From the NCBI GenBank assembly GCA_937625935.1, contig OW569386.1, positions 355,932-419,931 on the forward strand: DNA of 64,000 nucleotides, in the 5' to 3' direction. Made by a program: the position numbers and the translations under genes. Shown one piece after another: positions 10,393-22,189 of this stretch. The stretch comes from Tetramitus jugosus (lineage: Eukaryota > Protista > Heterolobosea). Within the stretch, counting starts at the first letter, position 1. Every line of letters begins with the position of its first letter. The notes beneath the pieces were generated by a model. The model was not told where the DNA came from, made no database searches, and was given only the letters and a program-made list of their open reading frames with translations.

Positions 10393-12309
10393 ATGAAACG
10401 TTCTCAATCACAAGTTCAACTTGACACTCGAAACAACACATTCTACCAATCCTATTTTGGTAAAACAGATCATCTCTTGCAACAACAAATTCAAAAGAAG
10501 CAAAATTCTCCGACTGTCGTTTCATTTAACATGGATCAAACTTATCACCCACATCCACATCATCATCATCATTCTCGTTCTCCATCAGGTAGTTCCACAC
10601 CAATCATGTCATCATCATCATCTCATTCTTCACCACGACAATTACAATCTCCTCCTCCTTCTCACCTCTTTGCTTCACACACTAACAATAGTAATAATAA
10701 TAGTAGTAATAATAGTAGTGAAGGTAATGATGATGATGATGATGATGGTGAGAATGGTGGTGATAGAAGAATGAGTGTAGAGTATGATCATCATGGAGAA
10801 TTGTCATCATTTGTTGATCACTTTAATAGTAACAATAACAGTAATCAGAGTAGTCATAAGAATGATAGTGATGATAGTGATAGTGATAGTGACAATGATA
10901 ATTTTCATCACTTTAACAAAACATCAAGTCATCAGATCAACAATAATAATAATAATAATAATAATAATAGTAATGATGGTCAATATCAATCTTATTATTC
11001 ATCGTCCTATTCACCTCGACCTACCTTTAACAACACTAACAGTAATAGCAATAATCCAACTCTTATCATACCCAATCATAACCATACCAATAACAACATG
11101 AATAACAATAATAGTAATAACAATAGTAGTAGTAACAATCTAATGACAAGTCTAAATACGACCATACCCAGTGTATCAACCGTCATTGATCTGTATGACA
11201 TGTACGATGAACTGAGACAAGATTACTTGTCCATCAAGAAACAATTGGCGAGTCTAAAGCTCGAAGTTCGAGGTGTTGCAGAAGAGAGCAGCATGTGGAC
11301 ACTCAAGTACTCTCGTCGCTTCCTCATTACGTCCAACATTCTACTATCGAGTTATCTCCTATCGAACCGTATACTTCAAATATTGAATGATCACTCTAGG
11401 AGCTTGTTGAGTTCGGTGATGAATCCTTTTGGTTGGTTATTGTCAAGTTTCAAGAGCAGTCGGGGTGCTGCTGCTGCTGCTGTATCGAAAAAGGTCAATG
11501 GTGTGGGCGTTGGTGTGGGTGCTGCCGCGGCGAGCACGGGAAAGCAAATTATTCAAAACACATTGGGTGCATTGGTGGAGCGACCAGAGATTTTATCGTC
11601 GTATAGCGCCTTCAAAAAACAGTTTCTGAGGCGTGGAAGAAGTGCTCATCATGCTTCGTCGATTGGTGTGGGTAGTATGGGTAGTGGTGCAAGTGCTGTG
11701 ATTGGTGGTGGTGGTGGCAGCAGCGTAGGTGGTCTGAGTACTGGCACAAATACCTCATCGATTCAAATTACAATCGTAAAGCTCATTTGGCGCCAATTGG
11801 TATTGGCGGGGTTATTGCTGTTTAGCTCCTACTGGGTGGGTAATGCTAGGACTGCATGGAAGCGCAAGATTGGTATCGTGATGTCCTTCTTGACCAATAT
11901 GCACTTGGCTCTCACATCTGATGTGAGTCCATGGACCATTTACTTTAACATGTTTACACTCTTGTTGTACATTACTGCACGGCACATGAAAAATCAACCA
12001 TTGCCACAAGCACTGCAAACGATTCGAAAGAGCTTATCAATGAGCAGTTTCCAATCCTCTGCGACCAAGTCATCCAACTTTAAGAAGATGCAACACAAGT
12101 TGCTCAAGGACAGTGGAAAAAACAAGAAGCAGCTCCTCAGTAGCAGTTATCAACATCTTCACGATGGTGAAGACGATGATGATGAGCATGGAAAGTTCGT
12201 GGCACAGGAGTGTGAGAACTACAAGGTCATTAATGTCAACTATGGTACGAGTAGTTCAACGACTCCGACCACTGAAAAGGAAACAACTGTGGATCTCAGT
12301 CATGAATGA
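10393..12309 (+). CDS. Hypothetical membrane protein: N/H/S-rich N-terminus, short coiled coil, several hydrophobic helices
   Basis: 638-aa ORF; YDELRQDYLSIKKQLASLKLEV coil; hydrophobic segments such as LVLAGLLLFSSYWV and IYFNMFTLLLYIT. Confidence 0.8.
   Translation: MKRSQSQVQLDTRNNTFYQSYFGKTDHLLQQQIQKKQNSPTVVSFNMDQTYHPHPHHHHHSRSPSGSSTPIMSSSSSHSSPRQLQSPPPSHLFASHTNNSNNNSSNNSSEGNDDDDDDGENGGDRRMSVEYDHHGELSSFVDHFNSNNNSNQSSHKNDSDDSDSDSDNDNFHHFNKTSSHQINNNNNNNNNNSNDGQYQSYYSSSYSPRPTFNNTNSNSNNPTLIIPNHNHTNNNMNNNNSNNNSSSNNLMTSLNTTIPSVSTVIDLYDMYDELRQDYLSIKKQLASLKLEVRGVAEESSMWTLKYSRRFLITSNILLSSYLLSNRILQILNDHSRSLLSSVMNPFGWLLSSFKSSRGAAAAAVSKKVNGVGVGVGAAAASTGKQIIQNTLGALVERPEILSSYSAFKKQFLRRGRSAHHASSIGVGSMGSGASAVIGGGGGSSVGGLSTGTNTSSIQITIVKLIWRQLVLAGLLLFSSYWVGNARTAWKRKIGIVMSFLTNMHLALTSDVSPWTIYFNMFTLLLYITARHMKNQPLPQALQTIRKSLSMSSFQSSATKSSNFKKMQHKLLKDSGKNKKQLLSSSYQHLHDGEDDDDEHGKFVAQECENYKVINVNYGTSSSTTPTTEKETTVDLSHE
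10680..11140. repeat. Coding (AAT/AAC/GAT/AGT)n low-complexity tracts
   Basis: For example (AAT)n near 10942-10968 and (GAT)n near 10729-10746. Confidence 0.8.
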
Positions 12310-12800
12310 AATGGATGACAAAATTGACAACGAATGGTAATTACATTTTATTGAATGTGTCTTCAGAACTCTGAGTGCACAAATCAAGCAGGAGATCTCT
12401 CTGCGGAGTGCTCAATTCGGGAGTTGCACTGCTACAGTAACAAGTCAATTGTTCGCCGATTCAAGTCCAGATAACAAGGACTGTCAATCGTGTGTTTCCG
12501 TAGTGCTTCCGATACTAACTCCAATCGGAGTTGGTAATTGGAAGTCACATGTACAGTAAATAGGAGCAGCACAAGAAAAATCAATGCATTTAGAATCTTG
12601 TTCTTGTGCACTGCTAGATTTTGGGATAACAGGAATACAATGTCACTTCGGTGTGTCCACATGTCTTTTGTTCTTTCTTGCATTTGATCGGATTTTGATC
12701 AATGAGTTGGTTGTATTGCTCTGCACACACGAATGGGCAAGATCATAATTTTATCTCGGAACAAGATCTCATGGATGGCACAGAGAAAGTCGTTCTGTCT

Positions 12801-14822
12801 TTATTTTTGACTAACAAGACCCATTGATCTCACATCAGCGAATATGTTTTCAGGGTCAAACTTTGCCTTTGCTTTCTTCAGTTCACTCCACAACTGTACG
12901 CCATATTGTTTTTGCCAGTCGATTGTGCACCAGCCAGGGATAAAATTGGTTGGATACAACGACGCGTGAACCAAATTGTTCTCAAAGCTCGAACTTTGAC
13001 TAAATTTTTCCCAGACAGCCCTATTGCTGTTCATTTGGAAGTTTAATCCTTCATCGGATCCTGTTTGTTCGTCCCTTCCGAGACACATCAAATAAACCCA
13101 TTCATCTTCCTTTCCCTGGTTTTCTTCTCCGTTGCTGTGAGAAATGTTAGGATAGGACAAGAAGGATTCATTGTTGCGACAACAGACATCTCTTCTCAAT
13201 GGATAGAAGCCAATGTGACCTCCACCTTGATCCTTCATCAAATCCAATCCATTCAACGTCTCTTGCAAGTAATGTCTAGCAGTGTGCTCCGTAAAGATAA
13301 TGTTCAACCAGCAATGTCTCTTGGACCATGATCCTATGTGGTTCAAGAATGGAATCGTCACCAAATTCAATCGATCATCCCAAGCTAGTGTGTCCATGTC
13401 CGAATGAGCATAAATCAGAGCTTTTATGCCTCTGTTGCCTTCTTCTCCCAGCTTGTCATTGATGGCTTGCACTGTCAAAGCATGTTGTGCTTCATCGGTG
13501 CCAAATCTTGTCGAGAGCTCTAGCATGTACACCCATTTTTGTTCACTTGCCTTGGAAGCCAATTGTTCAATGGCTTCATCACACTGAGAACCACTGGTAT
13601 TGCCAGACATGGCCATTGCTTGAATAGTACCAACTTGATTTGCCATGACAAAGGTCTGAAGGGTCAAAATGCTCTCTCCTCCCCTAGTGTTCAACTCATT
13701 CTTGTTGTCAACAGCAACAAATTCATCATAAATGACATTCATGCTGTCCAACAAGTCATTCACATGCTCAAAGACAAAGTGATAGACTCGAGTCATCGCA
13801 TCATGCGGCTCCAGCTCAAGCTTCAACTTTGTAATCACTCCAAACTGTCCCATACCACCTCTCACCGCACAAAACAACTCTTTGTGCTCTGTTCGCGAGC
13901 AAATGACAACTCTACCATCGCCCAACACCACTTCCAACTGCTCTACATTGTCAATGCACGGTCCATGCTTGATATTATCACCTCCGAATCCTCCAATCGC
14001 AACTGTGCCTCCCACAGTCAAATTCAAATAATCAGGTATGGTTCTCGGTCTCATCCCATATCGCTTTGAAGTAGCTCTGAGCACTTGAAGCCACGTACAA
14101 CCTGCTTCTACCCAAACACTCTGAGACGGAGAATTCTTCTCCTTGCTCTTTTCGTCATGTGTTGGTTGACTAGGACAATCATCATCCAGCAAAACTCGAT
14201 TCATGTGAGACATGTCCAGCAAGACACAAAAGATCCAATTGGATTCATCATCTTTTGTCGGCAACAATGACGATAACTTGTTACTAGGTAAGACTTGAGA
14301 AGCACCACAAACATTTCCTCCAGCTCCTCTCACAACCAACTGAATTCTCCATTTTCTTCCCTTCTTCTTCTTCTCATGTTCAACAACATCATCATGTTTA
14401 GCTTTCTGTCCTTGATTGTTGAACTCGAACAAAAATTGAACCAACAACGCAACGTCGCTTGTTTCGCACGGAACAAACACAATGCGAGGCACCTGATGAA
14501 CAATATGTCCATAATCTTCTGCATACTGACGCAACAATTGTCTCTTTTGCTCACCTTGTCGTTCATGAATGATTCTTCCCTTGAAATCCTTCATCTTCTG
14601 CTTCTTGTCGTCGTCATCATGTTCACAACAGTCATCGTCGTCATGATGATGATCAAATGCCCTGATGAGTCGTGTGAGAATATGTTCTTCTTCTTCATTC
14701 ACAGGAGTGGTTGTTGGCTCATCTGTGATTTCAAAGTCAAATGGGTCAAATGCATGAATGACTTTAAAGCATGAATCTTGCAGTGCTTGTTCTTGTTCTT
14801 GTGGTGGTTGTTCTTGGGTCAT
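12801..14822 (-). CDS. Cytokinin dehydrogenase-like FAD oxidoreductase (VAO/PCMH fold)
   Basis: AEDYGHIV..VP, WVEAGCTW, DYLNLTVGGT..IGGFGG, HGP.IDNV.QLEVVLGDG, GGMGQFGVITK, HCWLN (CKX HPWLN), W.KQYG..W......KAKFDPENI. Confidence 0.85.
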   Translation of the reverse strand: MTQEQPPQEQEQALQDSCFKVIHAFDPFDFEITDEPTTTPVNEEEEHILTRLIRAFDHHHDDDDCCEHDDDDKKQKMKDFKGRIIHERQGEQKRQLLRQYAEDYGHIVHQVPRIVFVPCETSDVALLVQFLFEFNNQGQKAKHDDVVEHEKKKKGRKWRIQLVVRGAGGNVCGASQVLPSNKLSSLLPTKDDESNWIFCVLLDMSHMNRVLLDDDCPSQPTHDEKSKEKNSPSQSVWVEAGCTWLQVLRATSKRYGMRPRTIPDYLNLTVGGTVAIGGFGGDNIKHGPCIDNVEQLEVVLGDGRVVICSRTEHKELFCAVRGGMGQFGVITKLKLELEPHDAMTRVYHFVFEHVNDLLDSMNVIYDEFVAVDNKNELNTRGGESILTLQTFVMANQVGTIQAMAMSGNTSGSQCDEAIEQLASKASEQKWVYMLELSTRFGTDEAQHALTVQAINDKLGEEGNRGIKALIYAHSDMDTLAWDDRLNLVTIPFLNHIGSWSKRHCWLNIIFTEHTARHYLQETLNGLDLMKDQGGGHIGFYPLRRDVCCRNNESFLSYPNISHSNGEENQGKEDEWVYLMCLGRDEQTGSDEGLNFQMNSNRAVWEKFSQSSSFENNLVHASLYPTNFIPGWCTIDWQKQYGVQLWSELKKAKAKFDPENIFADVRSMGLVSQK

Positions 14823-15091
14823 TGTTATGGTTGGTTGTTATGCTATCTTTTGGAGGTTTACTTCTTTCGAAAACACACACATAATAGTTTTAACACACAC
14901 GATTGTGGTGGTTTTCATGGCTTTTATGGGAAACGATGACAAGTCCAATGTCAAGGGAGGACCAAAGATATGTCCGGGTTGTTTTTAGAGGAGACAAGAA
15001 TACCCGCTGAACAAAAAAGAGCAACGAGCGCGCCGCTAGACAGTTCTGTAATCCAGAAAAAGTAAGTCAATAAGTCAGAACGCTTGTACAT

Positions 15092-16481
15092 ATGTTAGTA
15101 TCGAATAGAGTGACAAGAGTGATCGTTGGATCCATCTGTCTGTGGTTGGCCTTTATGTTTTCCTCTGTCCAAGGGCACGACAATGGCCTGGCAAGGACTC
15201 CACCAATGGGTTTCAACAATTGGAATCAGTATGCAGTTTTCTTTCAACTTTTTGTACAACCATTCCCACCATAACTCGAGTAAGGATGTAACTAACTGAT
15301 CATTGGGCAATGGCAACGCTTGTATTCTCAGATTTGGATGCAATATCAATGAAACAATCATTATTCAAACAATTGACTCCATGGTCAAGAGTGGATTGAG
15401 AGACATTGGATATCGATATGTGAATATTGATGATTGCTGGGCCATGATGGAAAGAGATCCTAAAACCTTTAGAATGATTCCGGATACTGTTCGATTCCCC
15501 AATGGTATCCATGCACTGGCCAAGTATGCTCACAGTAAGGGCATGCTCCTCGGTCTTTACAGTGATGTTGGATTGAAAACATGTGCAGGATATCCTGGAA
15601 GTTATAACTACTTTGAGATTGATGCCGATACGTTTGCAGAATGGGAAATTGATTATCTGAAGCTCGACTATTGTCACACGACCGATGACCAACAGAAAGA
15701 ACCTTGGAATGACTACTACCGCATGAGTAAGGCGTTGAACAGTACTGGAAGGCCGATGGTCTCTATTTGCAACTGGGGAGTGAAGGCGCCTTGGGAATGG
15801 GCACCAAAGATTTCCAACTTGTGGCGTACCACTGGTGATACTGCTGCGAATTGGCCAGCAATCATGAGTCTCTTGGATGCCAATAGAGAATTGTACAAAT
15901 ACTCTGGACCTGGAGCTTGGAACGATGCAGAGATTCTGGAAGTAGGTGTCAAGACAGATTCTGGTCAACTGACTCCTACGGAATCAATGGCTCATTTCTC
16001 TCTGTGGGCAATGTTGAACTCTCCACTACTGCTCGGAAATGATTTGAGGGATTTGAGAAGCATGGCACCTTGGGTTTTCGATATCATTACAAACAGAGAT
16101 GTAATCGCCATTAACCAAGATTCATTGGGAAAGCAAGCATACATGGTATCAGAAATTATCAAGGGAGTCAACATCACCACAGGTGAATGTCTCCTCAAGT
16201 CAAACTCGTGCATGAGAACAGAAATTTGGGTCAAGCCATTGTCGAACGATGCATTTGCTGTTGTATTGTTCAATCGAGCAGGCAGAGTTGAGAACGATCC
16301 TTACTTCGGAATCACTGATGTTGAACTCTCGTGGAGAGATCACTTGAAAATTCAACCTCAGAGTGAGTTCTACATCAAGGATCTTTGGGCTAGAAGATAC
16401 CTGGGTATTGTGAGAGATAGTTTGAGTGTTTCTGTTGCTCCTCACGGCGTAGCCATGTTCCATATGACACCAATGGTGTAA
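15092..16481 (+). CDS. Secreted GH27 alpha-galactosidase / alpha-N-acetylgalactosaminidase, 2 exons
   Basis: Signal peptide, DNGLARTPPMGFNNWN, VNIDDCW, DYLKLDYC, WRTTGD, HFSLWAM.NSPLLLGND; intron 15229-15331 gives NNWNQ-FGC. Confidence 0.95.
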
Positions 16482-16568
16482 CACATTGTGATATAAACTC
16501 GTGTAAATAAATTGTATTCATTTGTGAACAAGATGTACAATGCAAGAATCTAGGAAGGTAATCTGTAT

Positions 16569-17594
16569 TTAGGGCCGAAATATTGGCGTGCTGGTCGAGC
16601 GGGCAACACTGCTTCTTTGACTTTTTGACGTCGTGCTCATTCTCATGCTGTCACTTCTCAAACTGACAGAACTTCTGGGAGTACTAGTAACACTACTCCT
16701 ACTTGATGATGTTCCTGTTCTTTTGGTCGCTTTGAGTCTGGGTAGAACAGGTATCTCTCCTACTAACTGTTGAGGGAACATGTCGACCATTGATTGCAAT
16801 CCTCCTGATAGCAAATACACGTTGTCGAAACCTTTTTCGAAGAACAAGTTCCCCATAGGAGCAGCAATCTTCTCATCCCAATCATAAATTACAATGATTT
16901 TATCTTTACAATTTTTCTATACAATTAAGACATCTTATTGTAAGTCATGTCTACGCTCAATAGGTTAATGTTACAATCATACAAAACTATTCAAATACAT
17001 ACAAAAGCCAACAGTTCTGGAGTTAACGCATTCACCGATCGAGAAAGTCTTGGTGCTTCGTACAATAGGGCTCCTTCTATATGGCACTTGGAATAGGCTT
17101 CTGAATCTCTCACATCCAACAGCAGCATCCTATGGTGAATCACTTGATTTACACGGTTCGTCTTTCTCTGTGTCAACATCTCCTGATCACTTATCATATC
17201 ATCAGGTATTAACAGTTGTGACTCTCTATGGATCAAAGTACTTGGTTTTTCTTCGTACAAGCAATCTTCATCTTCGCCATGTCTGAGCATGACAAACTTT
17301 GCTAGCTCAGCATTCTTGATTCTCTCAAAATTCTCCAGTCTTCTGAACCGAGCATCTTCAACCAAGATGGAAACGGTGAACAAGGATCATTCAAACAACA
17401 ATAATAGAACTAGAATATTAGTAAATAATAAGAATTTCCTTGTACATACTCACAAAGCTCTCTCCTCCCTTCTTCTGTAAGAATTTTTCAATTGTTAAAC
17501 CAGAATCGATCGTAGCTTTTACATGACTGTACCGAGCAGTTTTGGGTACTTTCTTGTTGAGCACATCCTTGTCACCAATTGGCTTGCCAATCAT
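16569..17594 (-). CDS. CEP41: Centrosomal protein 41 (rhodanese domain), 3 exons
   Basis: KKVP...RYSHVKATIDSG, LLLDVRD..AY..CHIEGA, RLSRSVN...PELLAF, KIIVIYD.DE.IA, FFEKGFDNVYLLSGGL. The ORF pieces 17418-17612, 16991-17383 and 16569-16856 are consecutive exons. Confidence 0.85.
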
Positions 17595-17697
17595 TGCATT
17601 TGAAATAAACAATAGATAGTTGGAGCTAAAAACAACGGTTTTTTGCGTTTATTCGTCCGTAGCTTCGGCGAAAAGCGAACAGTTTGAGCGGGCAAAC

Positions 17698-19410
17698 CTA
17701 GCAGAACTTCCTGAAGCCCATTGAGGCACCAGACTGAATGTCAAGAATTGTTCTGTAGACGCCAGTTCCCAGCATAAACATGCAGGAGACAACAATTGTT
17801 CCTACAACAATAAATACAACAAGTGAGGCCTTGTTGTACTTCTTGAGCAACTTTCCGATCAAATACTGACCCATCATGCCAGATCCAATACCAAACACAA
17901 TGTACCACAATCCATAGTCCCATGGAATAGCACCAATGATACTGAATTGAGCAGCAGTACTCGATGAAGTGAAAAAGATCATGAAAGAACTGGTGGCGAC
18001 CGATACCTGTGGAGGAACACCCATTGAAAGAAGAAGCGGCCCTGTGACCATACCACCTCCAATACCAAGCAATCCAGCAACCAAACCTGCACCCATAAAC
18101 AAAAATGGCAGCAAGACACTATTGCGTCTGGTCCAGTGAATATCGCCGTCTTCAAACTTGTAACCCGAAGCAACCTTCTTCTTGTACATTGAATGATAGT
18201 ACAATCCAATGAGCATACTGTAACCAAACAACAGCGGATACTGAACGAACCATAGAACCCAATAAATAGGACTGCACTGTTTGATTCCAATGAGACTCGG
18301 TGCCTTCTTACTACCATTGAGTAAGGAAACAACAAAAACAACAATCCATGCAAGACTCATGAGCACCAAGAGCAATATTGGGTATTGCTGTTTCTCGAGA
18401 TCAGGACCAAGGATTGCACTCGTTTTTGATGTCTCCTGCAACTCCTGCTCCTGACTCTGCTCCAACTGAGAATCATTAAACTCTGCATTGTCTTGTAACT
18501 CTTGCTGACTCATAGTGTTATCTTCAACTTCCCGTTCTTCCTCTGCTTCATCACTGTCTCGAATTGGAGATTGGCTGCGAGTAGCTGCAGCTGCTGCTGC
18601 TTCATTCTCCTTCCGTCTCAGATCTAGTCCCTTCTTTGTTGTTTTGTACGTCGTGTAGCTCGTAATAGTAAACAGAGCAATCACAAGGAACCAGTTAGGA
18701 ATCACCGTGTTCAACATGACACCAAGTGCCGAACCGCACAAGATGATTGGTTGAAAAATGAGTGCAGCCGTATAGTTGATCACTGGTCTGTTGGGCGCTG
18801 TTGGATGCTTATTGGGTGCAAGCATCAAAAAATTCGCAATCGCACAACCAAAAATCATCACCGTAGACAATGGAACGGCCACTTGTGCGGAATAGCCACC
18901 AAGGAGCAACATGGCAGGCACATAGATGCCTCCACCACCAATACCTGCACTCGCAGCAAATGAACCACCAATAAAGCAAACAGCTGTAATAGCAATGTCT
19001 TGCCATCGAATAGGCCACAAATTCTTCTTGACACATTGTTTGACTTGTTTGGTCACCACAGTGTTTGGCTCCTCATCCAAATCATCTAGTGTCATATATT
19101 GGTGATTGTCATTAATCATCAAAGTAGTTTGATTCAAGTGAATCGTAACAGATTGACAAAGACTAATGGTGCCTCTCTCGCATTGAGAGCTACTCTCACA
19201 GCTCATGCATTGATTATTGAGGCAGATATATTGACCATCGTTACAATCACTTGATTTTTGACAAGTTGTGTTGTAATATGGATCTATCGTCACAACAGTT
19301 GTGGCTGCAGTCGTGCTGTGCGTCACCTGAAATAAGATGACGAAGAGCGCAAGAATGCAGAAATAAATGTGCGACTTTGAGAATAACTCGATGCTGCCTC
19401 TTGCTGTCAT
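17698..19410 (-). CDS. TauE/SafE (sulfite exporter family) membrane protein with N-terminal Cys-rich module
   Basis: AASAGIGGGGIYVP, AVPLS, GLVAGLLGIGGGMVTGPLLL.MGVPPQVSVATSSFMIFFTSS; first ATG is 19410. Confidence 0.9.
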   Translation of the reverse strand: MTARGSIELFSKSHIYFCILALFVILFQVTHSTTAATTVVTIDPYYNTTCQKSSDCNDGQYICLNNQCMSCESSSQCERGTISLCQSVTIHLNQTTLMINDNHQYMTLDDLDEEPNTVVTKQVKQCVKKNLWPIRWQDIAITAVCFIGGSFAASAGIGGGGIYVPAMLLLGGYSAQVAVPLSTVMIFGCAIANFLMLAPNKHPTAPNRPVINYTAALIFQPIILCGSALGVMLNTVIPNWFLVIALFTITSYTTYKTTKKGLDLRRKENEAAAAAATRSQSPIRDSDEAEEEREVEDNTMSQQELQDNAEFNDSQLEQSQEQELQETSKTSAILGPDLEKQQYPILLLVLMSLAWIVVFVVSLLNGSKKAPSLIGIKQCSPIYWVLWFVQYPLLFGYSMLIGLYYHSMYKKKVASGYKFEDGDIHWTRRNSVLLPFLFMGAGLVAGLLGIGGGMVTGPLLLSMGVPPQVSVATSSFMIFFTSSSTAAQFSIIGAIPWDYGLWYIVFGIGSGMMGQYLIGKLLKKYNKASLVVFIVVGTIVVSCMFMLGTGVYRTILDIQSGASMGFRKFC

Positions 19411-19764
19411 TGTTTGTTTGTTTGGTAAACCCGAGAGAAATGAAATTGAAGTTGTTTTTTTCACACGTGTGGATTATGCCTAAGCTCCAAGAGTACGCGC
19501 GCAAGACATGTCCTTCCATACTATCATCGCATCACAATCTCGTTGGCCAAGACTGGAAGATCGCACGTTTCGCTGGACAAAAGTTGTGCGCAGAGACCAG
19601 AACAAGAAGATGACAAAGAGCAAGTCGGAGTTTATTAAGAACAGGTGAAAATTCAACCAATTGGTTGACGTTCTCAGTCAACCAGCGAAATTGACAATTT
19701 GGTGAAAATTCGAAAAAAAACAAAAAACAAACTTACGTCCATCAACAACACATAGCCAAAAAAT

Positions 19765-20286
19765 ATGTCAAGCAAGACTGCTCAAAGAGTCCAAACTTTT
19801 GGAAGAAAGAAGAACGCCATCGCTGTTGCTCAATGCAAGGCTGGAAAGGGCTCCATCAAGGTCAATGGTATCCCTCTTGAATTGATCCAACCTGAAATCA
19901 TGGCATTCAAGCTTTTCGAACCAATCTTGCTTTTGGGTAAGGAAAAGTACCTCCAAGTTGATATTAAGATCAGAGTCAGAGGTGGTGGTCACACTGCTCA
20001 AGTTTTCGCTATCAGACAAGCTATCGCTAAATCACTAGTTGCTTACTATCAAAAGTGTAAGTTTTTCATTGCTTTTCGGGATTTCGCAATTATTTTCAAA
20101 TTTGAATATTTTTACTCACTGATTGTTTTCTATCTTTTAGTCGTTGACGAGCAATCCAAGAGAGAAATCAAGGATGCTTTGATGAAGTACGACAGAAGCT
20201 TGTTGGTTGCTGATCCAAGAAGAAGAGAACCAAAAAAGGCTGGTGGTCGTGGTGCTCGTTCTCGTTTCCAAAAGTCTTACAGATAA
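19765..20286 (+). CDS. RPS16: 40S ribosomal protein S16 (uS9), 2 exons
   Basis: [61 protein letters not shown]; an 84-nt intron at 20057-20140 restores YYQKFVDE (145 aa). Confidence 0.97.
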   Translation: MSSKTAQRVQTFGRKKNAIAVAQCKAGKGSIKVNGIPLELIQPEIMAFKLFEPILLLGKEKYLQVDIKIRVRGGGHTAQVFAIRQAIAKSLVAYYQKCKFFIAFRDFAIIFKFEYFYSLIVFYLLVVDEQSKREIKDALMKYDRSLLVADPRRREPKKAGGRGARSRFQKSYR

Positions 20287-20445
20287 ACGCTTTATTACTG
20301 TTTGCTCCAAAATCTGTGTATTGGAATACAATTATCATTATGTTGTCTCAAGCGTGCATTCATATTCTTCTTTTTGTTTTTGTCATCTCTTTCGCTTTCT
20401 ATTCCCGGTTTCTTAGGAAGTCCAACTCACAAAGAAAACAAAAAA

Positions 20446-22068
20446 ATGGGTGCACGACCATCAACCCAGAACCTCAAATCTGATGGCTATGGCGTTCAGC
20501 AATCAACACAACCGAAAGATGGAGTGCACTGCGATCAATCGACCCCTGTCGCCACCTTGTTCACGTTTGGTAACAATTATCATCATCAGACATCGGTGGA
20601 CAATAAGAGGGAGTTTGTGAAGGAACCAACAGGGGCCGAAATCAACCTGGATTCCTACTACAGTCATCTGCGGCTGCAAGAGTATCGCCACCCGCCATCA
20701 TCATACAATAGGGATCGCTTTTGTTGGTCCAATGTGACACACATGTCATGCAGCTTGTTTCACTCAGTGATTGTTCTCAACAACAGATTTTTGTTTGGAA
20801 CAGAGAAAGCGTTGAATGATTCTTTGTGTGGTGTTGTTTCGGGTCAAGGATTACAAAACGTGTTCTCTGGTGGTTGTTTCCAGTACATTGGTCACATGTG
20901 GAACAAGGATATGATGGCAGTGAAGTCCGTCATCACAAACGTTGATTGTACATGCATTTTGTATGATGATTGTAAAACGATTCAAGTGTGCGGATACAAT
21001 GTGTACGGTAAGTTGTTTCATCCAGTCGAGAGTGGGTTATTGCCTGTGACGACAATTACGGTGCCAGATCACGTCAAAGAACAAGTTTGTGGTGATACGG
21101 GTGGTGGTGGATTGGTGACACACCTCCTCATATCTAATACCTTCTCGATTGTGGTGTTTGATGGGCGATGGATCTATGCATCAGGTAGAAACTTACATGG
21201 GGAGTGCGGATTTGGTGAAAACGGTTTATATCAGTGGCACAGTGTCCTGGATGCTCAAACGAGTAGTTTTAGGACGAGCGCGATTGAGCAAGGCATAAAG
21301 TTTGTCGCATCAGGATTGAATCATACGATATGGACGCTGGGAGATGAAAGTGTGTGGACTAGTGGTCTCAATCGTTGTATGTGATATGAGTAGTTGGTGA
21401 ACTGTTTTGTGTTATCATTTTGTTGTTTTTGGTGCTTATTGCTCAAATTTTATCTCTCTGTGGTGTTCATGTGAATACATTAGGGGGACAGCTAGGCATT
21501 CGTAAAGACGAAACTGGAGGTTCACCGGTCAAGTGTTTAATCCAAAAAGAGTCGTATAAGACTGTAACGGCAGTTGCGTGTGGTAGCGAGTTTACAACCA
21601 TCATTCTTGATGAATGCAAGCTCTATGTGTTTGGGCGTTTGAGTGCCAGGAATTTTACATGCCACCCATTGTTAGTCACGATTCCTCTGATGAGTAGAGA
21701 GTTGTTAACTGGAGTTCATTGTGGAGCCGAGCATGCTATTTTAGTAACGAGTATGTATTATCTCAAGACAACATTTTACGCGTTAAGAATCAGTTTTAAT
21801 TGTGACTCTTTTCATAAATGATGAAGATAAGGGACACCTATTCTCATCTGGTTCCAACTCTGATTTTCAAACACAGAACGAAACTTGCGATCTGGAGGCA
21901 TTTTATCCACTTTGTCCTGATATCTTCACTTCATGTCACGAGTATCCCATGGTATCGAGTGGTTCCTACTTTACTGCGATCCTAAGAACAAAGGCTGGTA
22001 GTATGTTCTCATCACGAGATTATACGAGATTACCTTGGTCCGATATAGCAATAGAGACACTGACTTAA
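20446..22068 (+). CDS. Divergent RCC1/BLIP-II repeat protein, 3 exons
   Basis: FTFGNNYHHQ, VCGYNVYGKL, ASGRNLHGECG, VASGLNHT, VACGSEFT, VHCGAEHA. Introns 21377-21483 (SGLNR-WGQLG) and 21751-21826 join in frame. The MGARPS N-terminus could be myristoylated. Confidence 0.8.
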
Positions 22069-22189
22069 GGATTTAAACTGGAACATCTCCTTAGTCTTTG
22101 GCTCCATTTCTCCGCGCAGACTATCTTATTAATCTATTGTATTCCAAGAGGCCCAATTCTTGGAAAAGCTGAAGCAGGGCTAACGTTTC

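Noticed and set aside
10421-11101. Ile/Met-rich hydrophobic ORFs
   Set aside because: Alternative frames of (AAT)n/(GAT)n coding repeats.
12432-12683. 83-aa ORF with a hydrophobic segment
   Set aside because: No recognisable motif, and it lies in the 3' flank of convergent genes; cannot be supported without expression data.
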